A DNA stretch of 64,000 nt from positions 42,842,001-42,906,000 of the forward strand of contig OZ024753.1 in assembly GCA_964016885.1 (NCBI GenBank), in the 5' to 3' direction. Numbering within the stretch: position 1 is the first letter of the stretch; each line of letters opens with the position of its first letter. Below are positions 11,609 through 25,206 of the stretch, in pieces. Made by a program: the position numbers and the translations under genes. The DNA comes from Eledone cirrhosa. Taxonomy: Eukaryota. The notes beneath the pieces are model-generated. The model was not told the DNA's origin. It saw nothing but the letters and a program-made list of their open reading frames with translations, and did no database searches.

Positions 11609-14508
11609 ATGACGAGTGGGTAGATAAAGTAATCTCAGTGTACAGGGTAAATGCAAGAATCATTAAACTCAGACTAGTCCTGAATAAAACAATTACCACA
11701 ATAATATCAGCTTACGCACCCCAATCGGGGTTGCCAGACGAACTTAAGGATAGATTTTACGAGTCCCTAATGCACACTACCGCTCTAACAAACGACAATG
11801 ACTTACTAATCATCGCAGGAGATTTTAACGGACACGTAGGTAAACACTGTGACGGCTTCAATAGATTCCATGGAGGCCACGGGGTTGGCACAAGAAATGA
11901 AGCAGGATTCAGACTTCTAGAATTCTGCGACACCAATGACATGTCGATATGTAATACAAACTTCAAAAAACCTGACAACCACCTGATCACCTATAGATCA
12001 GGGTAGCATTCTAGTCAGATAGATTTTATCCTCATCAGAGGACGTGACAGATGGACAGTCGTAAACACAAAAGCCTACCCTAGTGAGGAATGTACATCCC
12101 AACATAGCTTAGTTGTCAGCGACCTCACGGTCAGAACTAGATGAACCTGGAAACAGAGGCCAACCTGGAGAAGAAAGATCTGGAAGCTGAAAGACCCCTC
12201 AGCCAGTAACAGATTTTAAAATATTTTACTCAACGCCTACGACAGTAAAGAAGAACAGATAGAGACATTCAATGTAGAAGAGCACTGGGAGTTCCTAAAA
12301 AATAACTTACTAGAGGCGACAGATGAGGTCTGTGGCTGGAGTAAGACCACAAGCAGGAGGAGAGTGACTTGGTGGTGGAACAATAAGGGAGATGAGGCAG
12401 TTAAGGCCAAGAGACAGGCATGGAAAGAATGGAAGAATGGGGGGAGCAGGGTACATTACATAGAGACTAAGAGGGAAGCTAAGCGACAAGTATACTTAGC
12501 TAGGAAGGAAGCAGAGGATAGAAAATTCACGCATATTTTGCAACGTGAGGACCAGAAACAGGAGGTGTTCAAGATTGCGAGGCAGTGTGTCAGAGAAAAT
12601 TGTGATGTCATTGGAGAGAAGTGTATCCGGAATGATAAAGGTGAGCTTGCCCTCACAAGTGCTGAGAAGAAAGATACATGGAAGAGCCATTATGATAGAT
12701 TACTAAATGAAGAGAATGCATGGGAAGAAGAGACCCTACCCCAAGTAGAGGGGCCAGCAGTACAAGTTAGCAGCAGCATAGTAAGTAAGGCAATCAAAGA
12801 TATGAAGATGGGGAAGGCAACCGGTCCATCGGGTATAGCTGCCGAGATGCTGAAGGCATCTGGGTCTGTAGGTCACACTATAACCACATGTATTGTTAAC
12901 CAGGTAATACTAGAAGGTGTCATACCAAAAGATTGGTGCAGTAGCATCATTGTCAACTGCTACAAAGGTAAAGGTGATGCACTAGATAGAGGAAACTATA
13001 GACGTATAAAGCTGATGGACCAGGTCATGAAAGTAACAGAAAGAGTTATAGCACAGTTGATTAGGGAACGGGTGAAACAAGATGAGATGCAATTTGGGTT
13101 TGTACCAGGAAGAGGCACCACTGATGCCCTCTTCCTTGTGAGACAGTTACAGTAAAAGTACCTAGCTAAAAGTACGCCACTCTACCTGGCATTCGTCGAT
13201 CTCGAGAAAGCCTTTGACAGAGTTCCACGTGCTGTAATCTGGTGGGCTCTTAGAAAACTAGGAGTAGATGAATGGCTTGTGAAAGCTGTACAAGCCATGT
13301 ATAGGGGAGCAGTCAGCAAAGTTAGGATTAGCAATGAGTATAGCGAGGAATTTAGCGTACAGGTTGGTGTCCACCAGGGCTCTGTTCTTAGCCCTCTCCT
13401 GTTCATCATAGTCCTGCAGGCAATAGCGGAGGAGTTTAAGACCGGATGCCCATGGGAACTCCTGTATGCTGATGACCTCGCACTTATAGCTGAATCTATG
13501 GTAGAACTAGAGAAGAAATTCCAAACTTGGAAGCAGGGACTAGAAAGAAAGGGTCTCAAAGTCAACATGACAAAGACTAAGGTCCTTGTAAGTAGACGAG
13601 AAAACAGAACCCAGATCCCCTCAGGGAAATGGCCTTGCTCAGTATGCAGGAAAGGTGTAGGTAGGAACTCCATTCTCTGCCCCAAATGCAAACAATGGGT
13701 ACACAAGAGATGTAGCGGGATCTCAGGAAGCTTAATTAAGAATGTAGGCTTCACATGCAGCAGCTGTGTTGGGGCAGCAAACAGCCACAGGAAACAAGTA
13801 CCACCAATCTCTGGGAGGGCTCTGTAGAAACAGTAGACAGCTTCTGCTACCTAGGTGACCGAATTAGCAGCGGAGGTGGTTGTTCAGAAAGTACAATAAC
13901 TAGGGTAAGAACGGGATGGAAGAAGTTCAGGGAACTACTGCCACTGCTAGCTGCAAAACGCTTCTCCCTCAAAATGAAAGGCAGACTGTATGATGCGTAT
14001 GAAGGATGACAGCTGCATAAAAAGGTGCAGAGCACTAGAAGTCAATGGAAACCGCGAAGTGGGGAGACCCAAGAAGACCTGGGATGAGGTGATAAAAGCT
14101 GTCCTTACCCAATTACACCTCTCAAAGGCGATGACACATGACCGTGACCTCTGGCGTCACGCAGTAATACAGAGTACCGACCTCCCATGGGTACAAGCTG
14201 AAGCATATAGACCATATGCCCCCACACCCTCCCACTGCAAGGTGGTCGTGGAGGTGCCACGGCTAAAAAGCACCCAGCCCACACTGTAAAGTGGACGTGT
14301 AGGCGCCACGAAAAAGCACCCAGCACTCACTGTAAATGAGGTTGGTGTTAGGAAGGGCATCTAGCTGTAGAAATCGAGCCAAAATCAGTTCCTGTATGAG
14401 CAAGGCATGGTCAGCCGACCAGACACTGCCCACAACAGGACAACCCGTCTAACCCATGCTAGCGTGGAAGAACGGATGTAAAACGATGATGATCATGGCG
14501 ATGATGAT
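11609..14508 (+). mobile_element. Decayed, 5'-truncated RTE-type LINE (family A): APE endonuclease, reverse transcriptase, PHD-like finger, 3'UTR, (GAT)n tail
   Basis: SAYAPQ, GDFNGHVG and SQIDFIL (APE); NYRRIKL, QFGFVPGRGTTDA, FVDLEKAFD, GVHQGSVLSPLLF and LLYADD (RT); in-frame stops (e.g. 12004, 13153), a frameshift near 13800 and an internal deletion near 13995. Confidence 0.95.
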
Positions 14509-14511
14509 ATT

Positions 14512-14560
<49 letters not shown>

Positions 14561-15012
14561 ATTTAATCTATATTTATTCTCTATCAAAATATTTAAATTT
14601 CAGTATAATATTTGGAACATTTAGCAATTGCATTATTCAGTAAAATTAAATATTATGAAAGTCGTCGAAGTATCCTCGGCTTATTGATTCAGTTACAAGA
14701 TCAATGAGAGATCAGTGCCTGATCAATGTATTTGGACAATAGGATATCATTTGTTTCAAAGTTATTTTTGCATTCATTGGTTTCAGATTTGTCTGGCTAA
14801 ATAAAAAGTCTGCTTCCAGCCAGAAAGTTCATCAAGCTGGTACTTATTCCAGTTTCATTGGTGTGAAGTGACAGAGAGTACATGACTTCCCCTGGATAGG
14901 ACACCAGTCCATCATAGGGTTAAAGTCTGTCTTGAGCCGGGAAGCTCATCAGGGCAGTGATTATCCTGATTTTTCTGGTGTTAATCGACTAAGAGTATAA
15001 GACTCCCTACAC

Positions 15013-15800
15013 ACACATGTGGCATATACAGATGTGACATCGACACAGATGTGACATAGACAGATGTGACATAGACACATGTGGCATATACAGATGTGAC
15101 ATAGACACATGTGGCATATACACAGATGTGACAAACACAGATGTGGCATATACAGATGTGACATAGGCAGAGATGTGACATAGGCAGAGATGTGACATAG
15201 GCAGAGATGTGACATAGGCAGAGATGTGACATAGGCAGAGATGTGACATAGGCAGAGATGTGACATAGACAGATGTGGCATATACAGATGTGACATAGAC
15301 AGATGTGGCATACACAGATGTGGCATACACAGATGTGGCATACACAGATGTGACATACACAGATGTGACATCGACACAGATGTGACATCGACATAGATGT
15401 GACATATGCAGATGTGACATATACAGATGTGGCATATACAGATGTGACATATACAGATGTGACATAGACACAGCTGTGACATAGACAGATGTGACATATA
15501 CAGATGTGACATATACAGATGTGACATAGACACAGCTGTGACATATACAGATGTGACAAACACAGATCTGACAAACACAGATGAGACATAGACACAGATG
15601 TGACATAGACAGATGTGACAGAGACAGCTGTGACATAGACAGCTGTGACATAGAGAGCTGTGACATAGACAGCTGTGACATAGACAGCTGTGACATAGAG
15701 AGATGTGACATAGAGATATGTGACATAGACAGATGTGACATAGACAGATGTGACATACACATATGAAACAAACACAGATGTAACATACACAGATGTGACC
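15013..15800. repeat. Variable 16-18-bp minisatellite (acagatgtgacatag-like)
   Basis: About 45 degenerate units; source of the Cys/His-rich pseudo-ORFs. Confidence 0.9.
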
Positions 15801-15819
15801 TACACACATATGACACACC

Positions 15820-15892
<73 letters not shown>

Positions 15893-16286
15893 CAAGGTAG
15901 ATATGATCAATGAGGAATATCATGTTTGATATACATCTTTTATTTTTCTACATTTCATTGAAACGACAGTTGCTATTTTAATCTTGAAAATTAGCCAAAT
16001 TCTTTTGAGTAGCAATAACTAGAAATTGTAGGAATATAGAAAAGCAGAGAACTTAATTTCCGTTTGATAAGGAAAGAAAAAAAAAGGACAAATGGTATTA
16101 TGGACATTTGACTGATCTAGGGACTAATAATCATTTCTGATCTTTTATTAAGTCAAGAAAATGTAAAAATGTAAAATTTCTGTCCAAATATTTATAAATT
16201 TATCTCGGTAATTTACAGTGTATGTATGAATGTATGTATGTATGTATATGTGTGTGTGTGTATGTGTGTATATATATATATATATA

Positions 16287-16673
16287 ATCATCATCATTTT
16301 ACGTCCGTTTTCCCTGCTTGCAAGGGTGGGATGGGAAATGATTCTGGCTTGATTTCTACAGCTGGATGCTCTTCCTAACACCAACCTCATTTACAGTGAG
16401 TGGTGGGTGCTCTTTTTTTTTTCTGTGGCGCCTACACGTCCACTTTACAGTGTGGGCTGGGTGCTTTTTTTCCGTGGCACCTCCACGACCACTTTGCAGT
16501 GGAATGATATGGACCCCAGTCCCTATCATCTCATTTCTACTGCTGAGTAAACTGGAGCAATGTGAAATAAAGTGTCTTGCTCAAGGAAACAACACACCAC
16601 CCGGTCTGAGAATTGAACTCACAACCTTTCGATTGCAAGGCCAATGCTCTAACCACTAAGCCATATGCCTTCA
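16287..16673 (-). mobile_element. SINE family 1 copy
   Basis: Reverse complement of the 3074 and 41048 copies. Confidence 0.85.
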
Positions 16674-16677
16674 TACA

Positions 16678-16775
<98 letters not shown>

Positions 16776-16846
16776 CATCTAAAATATTATCATAGTTATA
16801 ATATATATTACACTTGTTTGCAACAAAGTGTATTATCTAACCAGTT

Positions 16847-16877
<31 letters not shown>

Positions 16878-17052
16878 GTCATCATTGTCATCATCCTCTT
16901 CGTCATCACCACCGCCATTATCATTATCATCATTGTCATTATCATCATCATTATCATCATCATCATCATCATCAACATCGTCTTTTTGACATTCATTTTT
17001 CCATATTTACATGTGTTGGCTAAATAACTGTACTTACTTCATCAGATAGTGT

Positions 17053-17342
17053 AGCGAAGTCATGTGGTGTAGTGGTAAGTGTGTTGGAGATAGGACCACA
17101 ATGTCATGGGTTCGAACCCTGGCCTAGGTTATGTGTTGTGTTCTTGAGCAAAACACTTCATTTCACGTTGCTCCAGTAAGTACTCAGCTGAAAATGAGCT
17201 CCAGCTGCAGCAGCTGGTGAGTTTCATGCAGTGAACGACTGGTATCTTATCCAGTGGTGTGTCCTACACTAACAGTCGCTTCATGCCACACAATCTGGGA
17301 TAATTACCAGCCTGATGAACCTTCGGTCTCAAGGCAAACTTT
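17053..17342 (+). mobile_element. tRNA-headed SINE family 2
   Basis: GTGGTGTAGTGG...GGTTCGAACCC boxes and core ttgagcaaaacacttcatttcacgttgctccag; antisense copies near 31191-31468 and 55780-56057. Confidence 0.75.
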
Positions 17343-17374
17343 AGATGGATATATGTACAACTATATAATAATAA

Positions 17375-17565
17375 TTCTTTCTACTTTTGGCACAAGGCCA
17401 GCAATTAACCCCAGTGTATTACTGGTACTTTATTTTATCGACCCCCGTAAGGATGAAAGGCAAAGTTAACCTCGGCGGGATTTGAACTCAGATCATAAAG
17501 GACCGTAACTCTTTGCTACAAAGCATGGCGTCCGACTCTCTACCGATACTGCCAATCCACCGCCC
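17375..17565 (-). mobile_element. tRNA-headed SINE family 3 (Nin-domain-like core gcctttcatccttacggggtcgataaaataaagtaccag)
   Basis: Copies also near 20410-20545(+), 31550-31690(-), 34915-35085(+), 44735-44922(-), 46819-47005(-), 51674-51862(-) and 59486-59655(-). Confidence 0.75.
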
Positions 17566-19435
17566 TAACTATATAATAATAATGAAATTATTGTGTACAG
17601 TGCTCAGGTGCACTACAACTCATCAAAGGTGCATGTATAGTACATAGAATAATATATTTGCTATATATATCCCAGTTCTTACAATAGGTACACTGTATAT
17701 CTGTGCCTTATAAGAGGTAACTAAAGTGTTGCCATCATGAAGGGCATCTGGCTACATGACACTACTTTGAAATCTCCCATCCAACCCATACCAGTATGGA
17801 AATGTGTGTGTAAGTGTATCAGTTATGTGTGTGGCTGAGTGTCTGTGTTTGTCTTTATGTATATGTGTGTGTGAGTGTCTGTCTTGTTTATGTGTCTATG
17901 AATGTATATGTTTCTTGTCTATATGTGTGTATGTATGATAGTGTACCTGTCCTTTTGCCTATGTGTGTGTGTGAAGTGTATCTCATGTGTGTGTGTGTGT
18001 GTGTGAAGTGTATCTCATGTGTGTGAAGTGTATCTCGTGTGTGTGTGTGTGAAGTGTATCTGTAATTATGTCTGTGTGTTTATGTATATGTCTGTAAGTG
18101 TATCTGTCTGTATTTGTGTCTGAGTCTATGTGACTATGTCTATATATGTATATGTTTGTGAGTGTATCTGTCTGTCTATATGTCTGTGTGTGTGTGTGTG
18201 TCTATATATATATCTGTCTGTGTGTGTGTGTGTGTGTGTCTGTAAGTGTATCTGTCTGTATTTGTGTCTGAGTCTATGTGACTGTCTATATATGTATATG
18301 TCTGAGTGTATCTGTATATGTCTGTGTGTGTGTGTGTCTATATATATATCTGTCTGTGTATGTGTCTATGTGTGTGTGTTTATATATATATATATCTGTA
18401 TGTGTCTATGTGTCTATATATGTATCTGTCTGTGTTTGTGTCTATGAGTCTATATGTCTATATGTATATGTGACCCCAACAGACCAACAACTGACACAGA
18501 CTAACAGAAACAGTTATTCTAGATTCAAAATTGCTTAACAATGGTGAAATAAATCGATCAATCATTGCCAATGAGTGAAATATCTAAAGTGATATTATCA
18601 TGAAGAGAAAATAAAGACTGTTAACCTCTGCAGAGATAAGAGAAAGTCGGTGTAAGTCAAACCTATGACAGTTGTCACTTACGGAGAGGAGGAAGATACT
18701 GGAAAAAAATAAAAGAAGTTATACTTAAAACTTTTTAGCCGTATCTACGTAATAGGGGATTACCTTAGACTCCGTAGATATATGTTTATTTTCAATTTTT
18801 CTCATGAGTAGATCTAATGACAGACTTCCAAACTGAATATATATTCTCGTGTTTACACATATGTCTATGGCGCAAAGGTGAGATCTCAAAGTTAAATGAG
18901 AAATAGTCCATGATTGTTGGATTATTACCAATCATTCATATTCTAAGATGTGAACTTAAATAATGGACAAAGACAAACTATAAAGTTTCATCAAACGTGT
19001 GTATGTGTGTATGTATGTATGTTATATATATATGTATCATGTATGTATATATATGTGTGCATATTATATATATGTATGTATGATGTATGCCTATATATCT
19101 GTATATTATATATATGTATGTATGTATATATCTGTGTGTACGTATATGTTTGTATGTTCAAATAAGAAACTAAGATCAAAGAGTGAATTATATAACTGAC
19201 TTGAGCAGAGTTAAACTCATTGTCTGCTGTTGGTAGACAAGATGTAATGTCTCAGTGGTTATGGTACACGTGTCTGTGAAATGATTCTAACAAGAGTTCT
19301 ATGTTAATTTCATGAGCAGGTTGGAACCCTCGTCGGCAAAACTGAAGAAGGTTCTTCTAACAACAATATTTTTATGTTAAATTCAGGAGCCCTAAGCAAC
19401 TGCCTAGTTAGCATTAATGGTAGTGCACTATCATC

Positions 19436-19985
19436 ACCATCATCATCACCATTTTACGTCCATTCTTCCACGCTAGCATGGGTTAGATGGGTTGTCCTAT
19501 TGTGGGCAGTGTCCAGTCGGCTGACCTTGTCTTGCTCATATGGGGAACTGATTCTGGCTTGATTTCTACAGCTAGATGCCCAAACTCATTTACAGTGTGG
19601 GCTGGGTGCTTTTTTGCCGTTGCACCTCCACGACCACTTTGCAGTGGGAGGGGGTGGGGGCATAATGTCTATATGCTTCAGCTTCGGACTGTACCCGTGG
19701 GAAGTCGGGTCTTCTGTATTACTGTGTGACGTCAGAAGTCACGGACGTGTGTCATCGCCCTTGAGAAGTGCAATTGGGTAAGGTCGGCTTTTATCACCTC
19801 ATCCCAGGTCTTCTTGGGTCTCCCCACTCCGCGGCTTCCATCGACTTCTAGTGCTCTGCACCTTTTTATGCAGCTGTCATCCTTCATACGCATCACGTGT
19901 CCATACCAACGCAACCGCTTTCTCCTGCACACAGCACTTGATTCCTCTTATGCTCAGTCTCTCTCTCAATTCGTTTATGCTTTTC
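19436..19985 (-). mobile_element. 3' fragment of RTE LINE family A
   Basis: RRKRLRWYGHVMRMKDDSCIKRCRALEV...GRPKKTWDEVIK plus the same 3'UTR as 14180-14508; ends about 65 nt upstream of exon B. Confidence 0.9.
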
Positions 19986-20050
19986 CATTCGCGTATATTA
20001 CTATATAATATGTAATTATAAAATATGTTGTGTTTTGTTTGTTTTTCTAG

Positions 20051-20216
20051 AACCACCTGTTTTACGATCTAAACCTGTGGTGCCAAGAAATAAAGTACTA
20101 GCTACAAATATGACAATTGAATGGGCTCCCTGGAACCAACGGAATGGAGATATTGGTGATCCCCCTATTTTATGGTATACCATATGGGTGAAGACAGCGG
20201 CAGAAACAAAGTTTAG
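20051..20216 (+). CDS. Receptor exon B: first half of FN3-1 (EPPVLRSKP...MTIEWAPWNQRNGDIGDPPILWYTIWVK)
   Basis: ttctag| acceptor, |gtaagt donor; phase 1-2. Confidence 0.9.
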
Positions 20217-20552
20217 GTAAGTTGATGCTACTCTTGCTTCCATTTCAGAAAAGACCTAAAGAGTAAGAAATACCATATTTGGTGGCATATTGGACACACT
20301 TAAAATACAACATTTAACAAAATATTCCCTGCTTCCAGTACACATGTATCACTGATAGGAGATCGAATGGAGGGTGAGCACAATCATGGTTTAAAACAGA
20401 CGCATGGAGTTACTGCCCTTGCCATTCTGAGTTCAAACCCCACTGAGGTTGACTTTGCCTATCATCCTTATGGGGTCGATAAAATAATGTACCAGTAATG
20501 TGCTGGGGTAATTGCTGGCCTGGTGCCAAAAAGTAGAAACAATTATTAGTAT

Positions 20553-20621
<69 letters not shown>

Positions 20622-20810
20622 ATATATATATATAAATATATATACATATATATATATATAAATATATATACATATATATAAATATATATATATATATATA
20701 TTTATATATAGAATATATATATAGAATATATATATAGAATATATATAGAATATATATATAGAATATATATAGAATATATATATAGAATATATATAGAATA
20801 TATATATAGA

Positions 20811-20853
<43 letters not shown>

Positions 20854-20916
20854 GAATATATATATAGAATATATATAGAATATATATATAGAATATATAT
20901 AGAATATATATATAGA

Positions 20917-20953
<37 letters not shown>

Positions 20954-21003
20954 GAATAAGAAAATGCGAAGTAGTTTCAATGCTAAAGTCCTTTATTGAT
21001 AAT

Positions 21004-21078
21004 GCTGTGATACATATTTCAATGTCGACAGTGGTCACATGGTTCCGTGTACCCAGTGCCGTGACCTCATCAGACAGC
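21004..21078 (-). ncRNA. Minimal type I hammerhead ribozyme-like motif
   Basis: Minus strand: GCUGU-CUGAUGA-GGUCAC...GUGACC+12-nt insert-GAAA-UAUGUA-UC-ACAGC, then AAUAAA; same stem I as the 10618 copy. Confidence 0.65.
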
Positions 21079-21095
21079 TTCTTACATAATAAGGT

Positions 21096-21128
<33 letters not shown>

Positions 21129-21133
<5 letters not shown>

Positions 21134-21299
21134 AACTGTGTCTGAGAGGGATAGAATGTAGTGTACGAGGGAGGAGACTGAGGTGGTATGGACATGTGAT
21201 GAGCATGGAGGATGACCGATGGGTGAAGAAGTGCCAGGAAATGCCAGTTGAAGGAAGACGTGGTAGAGGTAGACCACGTAAAACACGGGCGGAGGTGGT
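21129..21299 (+). mobile_element. RTE LINE family B fragment
   Basis: EKLCLRGIECSVRGRRLRWYGHVMSMEDDRWVKKC...GRPRKT. Confidence 0.8.
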
Positions 21300-21460
21300 A
21301 TATATCATATATATTTTATATATTTTATATATAATGTATATATATTTCATATATATATATATATTATATATAATATATATGTATATATCATATATATATG
21401 TATATATCATATATATATGTATATATCATATATATATGTATATATCATATATATATGTAT

Positions 21461-21787
21461 ATCATTTCATCATTTCCTTTTACGTCCACTTGTCCCTGCA
21501 TGCAAGGGTGGGACGGGAACTGATTTGGCTTGATTTCTACAGGTGGATGCCCTTCCTAACACCAACCTCATTTACAGTGAGTGCTGGGTGCTTTTTTGCC
21601 GTGGCACCTGCACGACCACTTTGCAGTGGAATGATAGGGACCTCAGTCCCTATCATCTCATTTCTACAGCTGAGTAAACTGGAGCAATGTGAAATAAAGT
21701 GTCTTGCTCAAGGAAACAACACATCACCCGGTCTGAGAATTGAACTCACAAACTTTCGATTGCAAGGCCAATGCTCTAAGCCATGTG
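21461..21787 (-). mobile_element. SINE family 1 copy
   Basis: Homologous to the 3074 copy. Confidence 0.85.
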
Positions 21788-22174
21788 TATATATCATATA
21801 TATATATGTGTATATCATATATATATGCATATATCATATATATATGTATTGTTAACTTCTGTGAAGATGTAAACACACTCTGTAATACTGTATGATAGAC
21901 ATGGGAGCAATTATGTTTACAAACACAACTGTTGGAAATAACATGATGTAACTTCATCTCTGCTCTCTGGTATATATTATTGTTTTATTGTACTCTGTAG
22001 TATTGTAGTCATATACCATATTAGATATCGCCCTATGTCATTGGCTTTTGAAGCAAACCAATGGAATATACACCTCCATGTCAGGAAAACTTGCTTCACA
22101 TGCTGAGTAAGCTCAGAATCTTCACTGAAGCCCATCATTAATCTAGAATATTCATTCCTGTGAATATGTATGTA

Positions 22175-22207
<33 letters not shown>

Positions 22208-22346
22208 GCGTGTGTGTGTGTCTATATACATATATCTATATATATGTATATATATAAATTATATTTAGGTATAATAATATATAGCATTTTAAAAGTAGGC
22301 ATTTATGTATGTGTGTGTGGTCCGTGTATATATATATATATATGTA

Positions 22347-22388
<42 letters not shown>

Positions 22389-22581
22389 GATAAATCTACC
22401 AAGAGTTTACGGTAGTATCCAATCCGTATGAAGAACTCAATGTATTCCGGATATCATGGAAAGAAGAGATGTAATGAAAAATCACTTTCGGTGAAAGATA
22501 AACGGTATACAGAGTCAAGATAAAATATTAAACAAATAATGAATAAACAATGAAACAGTTCCTTATATTAAACAAAAAAAG

Positions 22582-22735
22582 TTCACTATTTAACGATCGT
22601 TTCTAGGATATATATGTGTTAGAATTGGCATGCATATTCAACAGATCTATGTACAAAATTATACAAAATTATACAAACTATCAAGATTAAATATACATAC
22701 CAACACATATATACGCCGTCTTCAGAAATAATGAA
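22582..22735 (-). ncRNA. Hammerhead-like motif with long stem II (left arm of 265-bp inverted repeat)
   Basis: Reverse complement of the motif at 23154-23307. Confidence 0.6.
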
Positions 22736-23153
22736 ATATATTTATTGATAATAACAACAATTCAAACTTTCAGGTCCGTTTGGGAACAAAATTGACCAAT
22801 GAAAATACAAAAGGTTTAATGCAGTTCGGTGTGTGTATATACATGTAACTACCCTTACACATATTTTACAAAAATGTATGCACAACTTGTATACGCATAC
22901 AAAAAGAATGGATGCAAATACAAAATTTCAAGGTTAATGTCTCTGTAAGTTTATAATGCACAGATAAGATGCGTATAGACACATAAATATGAAATAAGTG
23001 TATACACATATTTTCATACTAACACATATCCGTACAATCACACATACACGCGCGTATATGCATAAACATACACATAAACTACGAACATACAAACACACAC
23101 ACACCCCAAACGGACCTGAAAGTTTGAATTGTTGTTATTATCAATAAATATAT

Positions 23154-23307
23154 TTCATTATTTCTGAAGACGGCGTATATATGTGTTGGTATGTATATTT
23201 AATCTTGATAGTTTGTATAATTTTGTATAATTTTGTACATAGATCTGTTGAATATGCATGCCAATTCTAACACATATATATCCTAGAAACGATCGTTAAA
23301 TAGTGAA
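23154..23307 (+). ncRNA. Hammerhead-like motif with long stem II (right arm of 265-bp inverted repeat)
   Basis: UUCAUUAUUU-CUGAAGA-[uauauauguguu...aacacauauaua]-GAAA-CGAUCG-UU-AAAUAGUGAA; about 10-bp stem I, palindromic stem III. Confidence 0.6.
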
Positions 23308-23360
23308 CTTTTTTTGTTTAATATAAGGAACTGTTTCATTGTTTATTCATTATTTGTTTA

Positions 23361-23399
<39 letters not shown>

Positions 23400-24343
23400 G
23401 ACCTGTACAGGAGTAGAACTGCTCCAGTCATATGAAATCGAAGTTTTAGTCATGTAGAAGTCATTTCCATATAAAATAAAGATGTTTATACTCTACCAAT
23501 GTACTGAGTACCTTTTTTTCCATTGCTGACACCAACTACCAGGAGTTGTGTCTGGCAGAAAGAGAAACAGAAAAAAAACATTTTGTTTAAGAACACGTTA
23601 CACTACACATTCTAGGAATCAAACTTACGACTGTATGATTATGAGTCTAACACCCTAACCACTAGGCCATGTGCCTTAGTTTGACTACTACCAGCCCTAT
23701 ATTTTGAAGGTGGAAAATATCCAACAACATTAATGGCGAGTGTAAATGAAATAAATGGTCTAAACACCTATATTATGTTACACGATAGACTCAACTTTAG
23801 ACCGATCAGTTTCCCCTGTAGTCACATCTAGGTATAATGGTGAGTGTTAGTGAAAAATAAGTATAATTCCCTCTCTATGAGGAGGAAGGGTAACAGCTCC
23901 ATATCTAATAAATGGATATACGACATAGAATTATGGGAATGGAGAATACATGAATATACATTAATTATGTATATAGTTATGTATTACAGTTATGCTTAGT
24001 TTTGTTTTGTGGGAGAGAGAGAGAGGGACAACAGTTTCACATTTAATATTCATGTCTATAAACCACCCTGAAGATAATTTCAAAATAATCTCCTGTTTTT
24101 TCGTTTTTATTTTTACTCGGGGAATATTAACATGACAATATATTCAAAGCTAAACTGGAGAAACCTATTATACTTTTGATCACAATAAACATCCATATAT
24201 TTACTGTACTTGCTATACTATAGATATACCTATTATCTTGTGTATGTATATATATATATAATATATATATATAAACACATTTACATATATATAAACATAT
24301 ATATATATATATATATATAAACACATTTACATACACATATATA

Positions 24344-24381
<38 letters not shown>

Positions 24382-24519
24382 CCAGAATCAGTCCCCGTCC
24401 CACCCTTGCAAGCAGGGAAAAAGCGGACGTAAAATGAAATGATGATGATGATGATAATATATATATATATATATATAAACACATTTACATACACATATAT
24501 AAATACACATTTATATATA

Positions 24520-24572
<53 letters not shown>

Positions 24573-24611
24573 ACATTTACATACACATATATAAATACAC
24601 ATTTATATATA

Positions 24612-24654
<43 letters not shown>

Positions 24655-24729
24655 ACATTTACATACACATATATAAATACACATTTATATATATGCATAT
24701 ATATTTATATATATATATAAATATACATT

Positions 24730-24764
<35 letters not shown>

Positions 24765-24904
24765 GCATAGATCAGGATTTGACCAGTTTTAAACTAGTAG
24801 GACCATTATTTGACAGATTGTTTCTATATAATACTATCCAACAATAAAATAAAGATAATAAATCCAACACACCATAACTAATACAATCAGCTACAATATA
24901 TATA

Positions 24905-24963
<59 letters not shown>

Positions 24964-25174
24964 GTATGTATATCATTTTATCATCATCTTACGTCTGCTT
25001 TTCCCTGCCTGCAAGGGTGTGTATATTTATATATTTATATATATAATGTATGTATGTATATATAAATATGTGTATATATATAAATATGTATGTATATATA
25101 TATATATATAAATATGTGTATATATATATATATAAATATGTGTATATATATAAATATGTGCATATATATATGTA

Positions 25175-25206
<32 letters not shown>

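Larger units (their letters stand above)
22520..23369. repeat. Inverted repeat with 265-bp arms (22520-22784 and 23105-23369) and a 320-bp spacer
   Basis: Arms are reverse complements with no mismatch found by eye; flanked by (TA)n. Confidence 0.95.
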
